64,000 bases of DNA from Bryobacterales bacterium (GTDB lineage Bacteria; Acidobacteriota; Terriglobia; Bryobacterales; UBA6623), in assembly GCA_965242705.1 (NCBI GenBank), contig OZ251486.1:202736-266735 (forward strand). The letters run 5' to 3'. Below, piece by piece: positions 20,696 to 28,600 of this stretch; position 1 is the stretch's first letter; the number at the start of each line of letters is the position of its first letter. The notes under the pieces were generated by a model that ran no database searches, was not told the origin of the DNA, and worked only from the letters and a program-made list of their open reading frames with translations. The translations under genes and the position numbers were made by a program.

Positions 20696-20733
20696 ACCGG
20701 CGCCTGCGGGCGGCTTTGCCGCCCCTCCGCGCA

Positions 20734-21141
20734 TTACGGTTTCGCCGGTTCCCAAAGCTCGATCTTGTTGCCGTCCGGGTCGAAAATCCAGGCAAAGCGG
20801 CCGTAATCATGGCTTTCCCGCTTCGGGTCGATCTTCACGCCTTGGCTCTGGAGTTTTTCGAGCAGGGCGTCGAGATCGTCAACGACGTAGTTGATCATGA
20901 ACGGGGCGCTGCTCGGGTCGAAGTACGCTGAGCTCCGCGGAAACGCGCTCCATACGGTGTAATGCCGTTCGCCGGGGTCGTCGTCCGCGCGCCAATGCAG
21001 CAGTATTCCCCGGCCGGGCGACCGGCGCAGCCCCAGCTTCTGCCGATACCACGAGGCCAAAGCCCGATGGTCGGCCGACTTGAGGAACACGCCGCCGATG
21101 CCGATGACGCGGCCTTTGTCTCGATCTTCCGCTTGAGCCAT
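20734..21141 (-). CDS. VOC (glyoxalase/bleomycin-resistance/dioxygenase fold) family protein
   Basis: 135 aa with an ATG start. The sequences GIGGVFLKSADHRALASWYRQKLGL and DYGRFAWIFDPDGNKIELWEP show the typical paired beta-alpha-beta-beta-beta VOC pattern. Confidence 0.8.
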   Translation of the reverse strand: MAQAEDRDKGRVIGIGGVFLKSADHRALASWYRQKLGLRRSPGRGILLHWRADDDPGERHYTVWSAFPRSSAYFDPSSAPFMINYVVDDLDALLEKLQSQGVKIDPKRESHDYGRFAWIFDPDGNKIELWEPAKP

Positions 21142-21204
21142 CGGCTCAATGTATCAACGGCGGGCCGGCGGCAACCGCCGCTGCGGGGAACGCGGTCCGG
21201 AGCC

Positions 21205-22161
21205 TCAATCCACGCCGTCGAAGAGTTGGCTGCTCAGGTACCGCTCGCCCGCGTCGGGCAGGATGGCGGCGATGGTCTTGCCCTCGAACTCGGGCTCGTT
21301 GGCCAAACGGCAGGCGACGGCCGCCGCGGCGCCGCACGAAATGCCGCAGAGCAGCCCTTCTTCCCCCGCCAGGCGCCGGGCGTATTCCAACGCTTCCTCG
21401 TCGCTGCAGCTTTCAATGCGGTCAACCATTTCCAGATCGAGCGTGTCGGGGATGAAACCCGCGCCAATCCCCTGGATCGCCGTCTGGCCGGGCTGCATCG
21501 GCTTGCCCGCAAGGTGCTGCGCGATTACCGGACTGCTCTCCGGCTCCACGCCCACGGTGACGATCTGTTTTTTCCGGCGCAGCTTGAAATAGCGCGAGAT
21601 GCCGCTGATGGTCCCGCCGGTGCCGATTCCGGCAACGAGAACATCGACGTTGCCGTCGGTGTCGTCCCAGATTTCAGGGCCGGTGGTCTCGATGTGAATG
21701 CGCGGATTGGCGGGGTTCTTGAACTGTTCAAGGTGGATGTACCGTTCGGGATTGGCGGCGGCAAGCTGCTCGGCGCGCACCACGGCCCCGTACATGCCGT
21801 CGTCGCCGGGCGTAAGCTCGATTTTCGCGCCCAGCATCTTCAGCACGCGGCGGCGCTCGACGCTGTAACTGGCCGGCATCACGATGGTGATCGGATAGCC
21901 GCGGGCGGCGGCCACGAAAGCCAGCGCAATGCCGGTGTTGCCGCTGGTCGCTTCGATCAACTCCGCGCCGGGACGCAAACGCCCGCTCTTCTCGGCGTCC
22001 CAGATCATCGACGCGCCGATGCGGCACTTCACCGAGTAAGCCGGATTGCGCCCTTCCACCTTGCCCAGCACAACGGCCTTGGCGCCGCCGGGAACGCGGT
22101 TGAGACGCACCAGCGGCGTGTTGCCGATCGCCAGGGAGTTGTCGTCGAAGATGCGCGCCAA
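21205..22161 (-). CDS. cysK: cysteine synthase A (O-acetylserine sulfhydrylase)
   Basis: It contains ARIFDDNSLAIGNTPLVRLNR, the PLP lysine in NPAYSVKCRIG, and ATSGNTGIALAFVAAARGY. I place the start at the TTG 22161-22159 (LARIFDD...), which gives about 318 aa. The 358-aa track ORF would overlap the upstream rrf2 gene by about 115 nt. Confidence 0.88.
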   Translation of the reverse strand: MARIFDDNSLAIGNTPLVRLNRVPGGAKAVVLGKVEGRNPAYSVKCRIGASMIWDAEKSGRLRPGAELIEATSGNTGIALAFVAAARGYPITIVMPASYSVERRRVLKMLGAKIELTPGDDGMYGAVVRAEQLAAANPERYIHLEQFKNPANPRIHIETTGPEIWDDTDGNVDVLVAGIGTGGTISGISRYFKLRRKKQIVTVGVEPESSPVIAQHLAGKPMQPGQTAIQGIGAGFIPDTLDLEMVDRIESCSDEEALEYARRLAGEEGLLCGISCGAAAAVACRLANEPEFEGKTIAAILPDAGERYLSSQLFDGVD

Positions 22162-22166
22162 GGTTC

Positions 22167-22604
22167 CTATATCTCCCAGTTTACGACGCGCTTGGCGCGC
22201 TTCTGCTTCCAACGCTCGACAAGGTCGGCAAAAGTCGTGCGGTCGATGACGCTCGAAAGCGCCCGCTCGGCCCGCGTCCACAACTCGGGAAACGGCGAGT
22301 CGGCCGATTCGTTGGCGATCGGCTTGCGCGAAAGCCGCACCGGGCCGTCGATCACGCGCAAGACGGCGCCCACGGTAATCTGATCGGCCGGGCGCGCCAG
22401 AAAATAGCCGCCGTCGGCGCCGCGCTTCGATCCGAGAAAACCGCTCTGCTTGAGTTGCGACAGGATCAACTCGAGAAATTTCTGCGGAATCTTCTGCCGC
22501 TCAGCGATCTTGGCGATCTTGGTCGGGTCGGGAGCATTGCGGCAGGCCAGATCGAAAACCGCCCGCAGCGCGTACTCGCCTTTCACGGAAACGTCCATGA
22601 GCAA
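22167..22604 (-). CDS. Rrf2 family transcriptional regulator (CymR/IscR-like), directly upstream of cysK
   Basis: 145 aa containing the Rrf2 winged-helix N-terminus VKGEYALRAVFDLACRNAPDPTKIAKIAERQKIPQKFLELILSQLKQSGFLGSKRGADGGYFLARP. The track start at 22604 is a TTG, and an in-frame ATG lies two codons downstream (22598). Confidence 0.9.
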   Translation of the reverse strand: MLMDVSVKGEYALRAVFDLACRNAPDPTKIAKIAERQKIPQKFLELILSQLKQSGFLGSKRGADGGYFLARPADQITVGAVLRVIDGPVRLSRKPIANESADSPFPELWTRAERALSSVIDRTTFADLVERWKQKRAKRVVNWEI

Positions 22605-22922
22605 TCCCCACTAGTTTACTAGGGAAAGCCCGAACAAGCAGGCGCCGCGGCGGGCGCAGCCGCCCGACTCAACCCCCGACGCACAAACACTGCGCCGCCC
22701 TCAAGCATGACGGGGTTCATGCAGTTAAAAGAAGGGCTTCATGCGCAAATGTTCAGCAATGTTCAGCAATGATCACTTGTTTTCGAAGTCTCGCCGCCGG
22801 AAATCGACCGGATGCGTTCAGAGCTTCTTGGGCCGAAGCCGTATAGACGAAAATCGACGGATTGTCCCTGCCCGGAACCGATCGCGGCGGCTCCCGCCGG
22901 TCAGGTTCGGATCGGGAGCCGC

Positions 22923-23897
22923 CTACTCCTTCAGCGCCGCGATCAACGCCGGCGCCACCTCGAAAAGGTCGCCAACGATGCCGTAGTCGGCAATCTCGAA
23001 GATCGGCGCGCTCTCGTCCTTGTTGATGGCGACGATGGTTTTGGCGCCCTTCATGCCGACGACGTGCTGAATGGCCCCGGAAATGCCCAGCGCAAGGTAG
23101 AGATTCGGCGAGACGGTCTGGCCGGAACTGCCGATCTGGCGTTCGAGCGGCAGCCAGCCGTTGTCGCAGATCGGCCGCGAGGCGGCCAACTCGCCGCCGA
23201 GCGCCTTGGCCAACTCCTCGGCCAGCGGAATGTTCTCCGGGTCTTTGATGCCGCGGCCGACCGAAACGATGATGTCGGCGGCCGTCAAATCGACGGCGCC
23301 CTTCGCTTCCTGAAACGGCGCCTCGGTCCGCGTGCGGATTTGCGCCGGGTCGATGGCGGCTTCCAGCTTGCGAATCGGCGCCGGGGAGCCTCCGCCGGCC
23401 GGCGCGTCCGCGCGGAATACGCCCGACTGAACCGAGGCGAAATACGGCGGTTCGCCCTCCGGCGCCGTGTCGGCATTGAGCTTCCCTTGGAAAAGCTGGC
23501 GGACGAAAATGGGCCGGCCTTCCTCCGCGGCTATGCCTACCGCGTCGCTGAGAAACGCCTTGCCCAAGCCGGCGGTCAGCTTCGGAGCGAAGTCGCGCAC
23601 TTGGTAGGTGTGCGGGAACAGCACCAAGGTCGGCTCCAACTGCTCGACGGCCTGCCCCACGGCGGCGGCGAAGCCGTCGGGCGTATAGTCGACCAGCGCC
23701 GGGTCGTCGATGACCACCACCTCGGACACGCTCCTGGCGGCGGCTTCCGCGGCCAAAGACTCGACCCCCGAGCCAATCACGGCGACTTGCAGCGGGCAGT
23801 CGAGCAGAGCTGCCGCTTCCGCCCCGGCGGCGACCGCCTCGAACGACATGCCGTGCCACACGCCGCCCGTCTGTTCACTGACGACCAGAACGCTCAT
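22923..23897 (-). CDS. etfA: electron transfer flavoprotein, alpha subunit
   Basis: 324 aa whose C-terminal FAD-binding half contains ELAASRPICDNGWLP, QIGSSGQTVSPNLYLALGISGAIQHVVGMKGAKTIVAINKD. The start ATG overlaps the etfB stop by 4 nt (23894-23897). Confidence 0.95.
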   Translation of the reverse strand: MSVLVVSEQTGGVWHGMSFEAVAAGAEAAALLDCPLQVAVIGSGVESLAAEAAARSVSEVVVIDDPALVDYTPDGFAAAVGQAVEQLEPTLVLFPHTYQVRDFAPKLTAGLGKAFLSDAVGIAAEEGRPIFVRQLFQGKLNADTAPEGEPPYFASVQSGVFRADAPAGGGSPAPIRKLEAAIDPAQIRTRTEAPFQEAKGAVDLTAADIIVSVGRGIKDPENIPLAEELAKALGGELAASRPICDNGWLPLERQIGSSGQTVSPNLYLALGISGAIQHVVGMKGAKTIVAINKDESAPIFEIADYGIVGDLFEVAPALIAALKE

Positions 23898-24664
23898 AAC
23901 ACCCTCGCTTCGAATTTCAGCTTTTCGAGCAACGCCGCGGCGGCCTCCTTGCCGCTGCCGGCGATGAATTGCGTCTGCTTCGTTTTCTGCGGAGGATACA
24001 GGCGGCGCACCGTCTGGCTTGCCTCCGGCTCGACGCCGAGCTCGCCGGCCGTGCGGACGGTCAGCGGTTTCTTCCTGGCCCGCTTGATGCCCATCAAAGT
24101 TGCGTAACGCACCTTGTTGATGCCGCTCTGAATGGTCAGCAGCGCGGGCAGCGGCATGGAAACATGCTGGAACCAGCCGGCCTCGAGCTCGCGCTTGACC
24201 CGCAGCCCGCCGTTCTCGGCGCGCACTTCCATGATGATCGTGGCGTGCGGCAGGTTCAGCAACTCGGCCAGGATGACGCCGACCTGCCCGAAACCGAAAT
24301 CGTCGGACTGCAAGCCGGTGAGCACCAGATCGTGCGCTTCCCGTCCGACGGCGGCCGCGAGCGCGCGGGCGATGCTCAGGGCGTCGGCTTGCGCAAAGCG
24401 CTCGTCCTCGATCAGAATGCCGCGGTCCGCGCCCTTGGCCAGCGCTTCGCGGATAGTCGAAGCCGCGCGCGCCGGTCCGGCCGAGACCGCGGCCACCTCG
24501 CCGCCGTGCCGCTCCTTGAGGCGCAGGGCTTCCTCCAGGGCGAAGGCGTCCGGCTCGTTCATTTCGAAATTGAGGTCTTCGTCCTCAATCCATTTGCGGC
24601 CGGCGGCAATGCGCAGCGCCGAGTCGCGCGCGCCGACTTGTTTCAGGCAAACAAAAATGTTCAT
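23894..24664 (-). CDS. etfB: electron transfer flavoprotein, beta subunit
   Basis: From the ATG at 24664 the product reads MNIFVCLKQVGARDSALRI...NEPDAFALEEALRLKE...VLTGLQSDDFGFGQVG...KVRYATLMGIKRARKKP, about 256 aa. The 390-aa track ORF extends upstream through non-coding sequence and into the first CRISPR repeat, so it is rejected. Confidence 0.93.
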   Translation of the reverse strand: MNIFVCLKQVGARDSALRIAAGRKWIEDEDLNFEMNEPDAFALEEALRLKERHGGEVAAVSAGPARAASTIREALAKGADRGILIEDERFAQADALSIARALAAAVGREAHDLVLTGLQSDDFGFGQVGVILAELLNLPHATIIMEVRAENGGLRVKRELEAGWFQHVSMPLPALLTIQSGINKVRYATLMGIKRARKKPLTVRTAGELGVEPEASQTVRRLYPPQKTKQTQFIAGSGKEAAAALLEKLKFEARVL

Positions 24665-24806
24665 GCGGGCTTCGGGCGCGCGACGGCGCCAACGAACGAT
24701 TCTATCAATTCCGCCCTGCCAATTCCGCGGACGGGGCGCGGAGCGCCGCCGCTTGCTAAGGAACCTCTGAACAAGAGCCCTGCGGGTTGGGATAATAGGG
24801 GGTTGC

Positions 24807-24998
24807 GGAAGGCGCGGAGAATAAGGGGGAGAGCGATGAGCCGGCGGACGTTTGCGGATATGGAGTACGAAGGGAAGAAAAAACAGACGAGGCGGGAGAA
24901 GTTTCTGGGGCGGATGGAGGCGTTGATTCCCTGGCAGCGGCTGGAGGAGCGCATCCGCCCGTATTACCCGCAAGCGGGGCGGGGGCGGCGAACGAACT
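24807..24998 (+). mobile_element. IS5-family insertion sequence remnant (left terminal inverted repeat plus the 5' end of the transposase gene), truncated at the CRISPR boundary
   Basis: GGAAGGCGCGGAGAATAAGGGGGA at 24807 resembles the IS5 terminal inverted repeat as I recall it (GGAAGGTGCGAATAAGCGGGGA). Twenty-nine nt later an ATG opens an IS5/InsH-type (DUF772) transposase N-terminus. Homology stops near 24988, about 10 nt before the first CRISPR repeat. No right end and no DDE domain are present. Confidence 0.75.
24836..24991 (+). pseudogene. truncated IS5-family (DDE_Tnp_1/DUF772) transposase; only about the first 52 codons remain
   Basis: The product MSRRTFADMEYEGKKKQTRREKFLGRMEALIPWQRLEERIRPYYPQAGRGRR matches the conserved N-terminal pattern FADxEYxxKxKxTRREKFLxEMExxxPWxxLxxxIxPxYPKAGxGRP of IS5-group transposases. 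The reading frame then runs straight into CRISPR repeat sequence (…TNCFNGAGVFRPRK). Confidence 0.75.
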
Positions 24999-27900
24999 GC
25001 TTCAATGGGGCCGGGGTCTTTCGACCCCGGAAATACTCGGGAAAAACTCAATGAATTCTTGCTCATCAGCGCTTCAATGGGGCCGGGGTCTTTCGACCCC
25101 GGAAATCAGTACTACAAGGTTACGACGCGCTGGAATCCATGTGCTTCAATGGGGCCGGGGTCTTTCGACCCCGGAAATTCACTGCCCCGCCGGGGCGGCG
25201 CAACCCGCCGCCCCGCTTCAATGGGGCCGGGGTCTTTCGACCCCGGAAATGGGACCAGCTCCTCGCGCATGCAGCGCAAGGGACTGCTTCAATGGGGCCG
25301 GGGTCTTTCGACCCCGGAAATAACGCCGGCCTCGTTCGCCGCGTTATGCACCAACAGGCTTCAATGGGGCCGGGGTCTTTCGACCCCGGAAATAAATAGG
25401 TAAATTCCGAGTTCAACTCGAATTCCACCTGCTTCAATGGGGCCGGGGTCTTTCGACCCCGGAAATCCGCCGCCGGATGCTCGGCCTCAGCTGATCCCAT
25501 ACGCTTCAATGGGGCCGGGGTCTTTCGACCCCGGAAATCATCTGCGGGGGGGGCGATCGCCCCCCCCACCGCAGCTTCAATGGGGCCGGGGTCTTTCGAC
25601 CCCGGAAATGGCAGCCGACTTCGCTAAAAGAACTTCGCCTAGTGGCTTCAATGGGGCCGGGGTCTTTCGACCCCGGAAATCTGCGCGGATTCAAGGCTTT
25701 ACAGATGCCGAGTCCACGCTTCAATGGGGCCGGGGTCTTTCGACCCCGGAAATGGCTGTGCAGGATCCCGTTCCCGAACTGGTTGCTCGTGCTTCAATGG
25801 GGCCGGGGTCTTTCGACCCCGGAAATAAGAAGATACAAACAATACGAACTTGCGACAGGCAAGCTTCAATGGGGCCGGGGTCTTTCGACCCCGGAAATCG
25901 GCCGCGCGCTGATCGCCGACTCGGCGAATACCGGGCTTCAATGGGGCCGGGGTCTTTCGACCCCGGAAATGGGCGGAGAGGTCGCGGATGCTGATTCCGG
26001 CAGAGAGCTTCAATGGGGCCGGGGTCTTTCGACCCCGGAAATATGCGGTCAGCTTCGATGTTTTTCCGGGCGCGGTCTTGCTTCAATGGGGCCGGGGTCT
26101 TTCGACCCCGGAAATACCAGCAAGAAACGCAAATTGCCCGTTCGCAAAACAGCTTCAATGGGGCCGGGGTCTTTCGACCCCGGAAATGGACTGACCCGCC
26201 GGGCGCGAAACTCCTCCTCTCCGGCTTCAATGGGGCCGGGGTCTTTCGACCCCGGAAATGTGGCCGGCGACGCTTGGGGTAAGTACCAAGCGCGGCTTCA
26301 ATGGGGCCGGGGTCTTTCGACCCCGGAAATCCGGCGAGGTCAACGCCGCGCTGAAACGCCTCGCCGAGCTTCAATGGGGCCGGGGTCTTTCGACCCCGGA
26401 AATGCCATCGCGCGCATCCAATCCATCGCCCGGCACGCCGGCTTCAATGGGGCCGGGGTCTTTCGACCCCGGAAATCGGAGATTCCGCGGCCGACCCCGC
26501 GGAATCGAGCCGGGCTTCAATGGGGCCGGGGTCTTTCGACCCCGGAAATGCCGGCGACATGCGCATCGTATCCGATGGCGGCAAGCTTCAATGGGGCCGG
26601 GGTCTTTCGACCCCGGAAATGCCCGCGCCCTGGTCGATCGCGTCATCGCCGCCATTGCTTCAATGGGGCCGGGGTCTTTCGACCCCGGAAATCAGGAGCG
26701 CGTGCGTTTCGCCGCGCTCCAGAATGCCGCTTCAATGGGGCCGGGGTCTTTCGACCCCGGAAATAAGATCGGATCAGCGCCGCCTCGCCCGACGAAATCG
26801 CTTCAATGGGGCCGGGGTCTTTCGACCCCGGAAATCAAGCTCCGCGAAGAGATCGGAAAATGGCCGGGGAGCTTCAATGGGGCCGGGGTCTTTCGACCCC
26901 GGAAATCAGTGAAATCGCTTTTTTTCCGTCCGGCCGCAGCCAGCTTCAATGGGGCCGGGGTCTTTCGACCCCGGAAATATCGCCCAGGGACACCTAGCAA
27001 TAGCGGAATACAACGCTTCAATGGGGCCGGGGTCTTTCGACCCCGGAAATGCGGCGCCCTCATAATCCTCGGCCTCGATGTCGATGCTTCAATGGGGCCG
27101 GGGTCTTTCGACCCCGGAAATCTCGTACTGCCGCACGATGCCATCGAGATCGCCCGGCGCTTCAATGGGGCCGGGGTCTTTCGACCCCGGAAATTCACGG
27201 CTTGCGCGACATGATCCCCGTCGAAGATCAGCTTCAATGGGGCCGGGGTCTTTCGACCCCGGAAATCGCCAGCGAGGCCGAAACGTCGGAAAATTTCAGC
27301 GGGCTTCAATGGGGCCGGGGTCTTTCGACCCCGGAAATGCGAGATCGAGTTTTCGGCGGCGGACGGATCGGCCGAGCTTCAATGGGGCCGGGGTCTTTCG
27401 ACCCCGGAAATTCGCGCAGATGGCCAAGGAAGATTTGCTCGCCGACGCGCTTCAATGGGGCCGGGGTCTTTCGACCCCGGAAATAGCTTGCCTGTGGAAA
27501 TCGTCACTCGAATCGATCGAGCTTCAATGGGGCCGGGGTCTTTCGACCCCGGAAATGTACACATGGCGGCGGCAAGAGACCCGGAACAGACGCTTCAATG
27601 GGGCCGGGGTCTTTCGACCCCGGAAATATCCCCCCCCCCTATACGGGTGATATTGTTCAACCGGCTTCAATGGGGCCGGGGTCTTTCGACCCCGGAAATT
27701 TGACTAAGGACAGTTGGCATATCTTCAAACACAGGCTTCAATGGGGCCGGGGTCTTTCGACCCCGGAAATCTATTGGGTGGTTTTCGATTCCCACCTGAT
27801 GACAATGCTTCAATGGGGCCGGGGTCTTTCGACCCCGGAAATCGAACGCCGTTGTTGATATCCTCATCGATAAGATGGGCTTCAATGGGGCCGGGGTCTT

Positions 27901-28600
27901 TCGACCCCGGAAATCGGCGGAGTCTATTATTGCTCGACGCCGCCCGTAACGGCTTCAATGGGGCCGGGGTCTTTCGACCCCGGAAATCTCAAAGGGAGCG
28001 GGGTAAAGGTTTTACCTATCGCGCTTCAATGGGGCCGGGGTCTTTCGACCCCGGAAATCTTCTCCTAACTGTCCATTTAGCGACGACCTGGAAGAGGCTT
28101 CAATGGGGCCGGGGTCTTTCGACCCCGGAAATCGGAGTCTGTGAGCTCAACGCCGCCCGTAACGTAAGGCTTCAATGGGGCCGGGGTCTTTCGACCCCGG
28201 AAATGAGTTTTAGGAAGATAACTATTTCCATCACCACCACGCTTCAATGGGGCCGGGGTCTTTCGACCCCGGAAATACGTGCACACGGCCGCCCGTGCAG
28301 GTTCGCGAACGCGCTTCAATGGGGCCGGGGTCTTTCGACCCCGGAAATTTGCCTAACAGCCTATTCGAGGCGACTTGGCAATAGGGCTTCAATGGGGCCG
28401 GGGTCTTTCGACCCCGGAAATCCCGCCTTATATCCGGCCCATAGGGGCTTTGTCAACGCTTCAATGGGGCCGGGGTCTTTCGACCCCGGAAATAAAACAA
28501 TGAACGACAAAATGATCGACGCCGTAATGCTTCAATGGGGCCGGGGTCTTTCGACCCCGGAAATGAGGCGACTCGGCAATAGGAAGGAAACTATTATGAC

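Noticed and set aside
20708-20724. A short hairpin, GGGCGGC-TTT-GCCGCCC, between the convergent alginate-export and VOC genes, considered as a bidirectional terminator.
   Set aside because: It has only a 7-bp stem with a 3-nt loop and no flanking T or A tracts. Such hairpins arise by chance in GC-rich DNA.
22886-22923. An 11-bp inverted repeat, GGCGGCTCCCG...CGGGAGCCGCC, at the etfA stop codon, considered as an intrinsic terminator.
   Set aside because: The stem is good, but the loop is 16 nt and no U-tract follows on the minus strand. The evidence is not strong enough to call a terminator.
22741-22986. An 81-aa ORF (MRKCSAMFSNDHLFSKSRRRK...) in the rrf2/etfA intergenic region.
   Set aside because: It has no recognisable domain, overlaps the etfA 3' end and the hairpin at the etfA stop codon, and has arbitrary composition. 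It is probably non-coding.
24665-24998. The possibility that this region is the CRISPR leader, with plus-strand transcription of the array.
   Set aside because: The region is not AT-rich and consists of the etfB upstream sequence plus an IS5 remnant. The repeat's hairpin and ATTGAAGC terminus, together with the fixed-end behaviour of re-acquired spacers, favour minus-strand transcription. This rejection is not absolute, and orientation needs RNA data.
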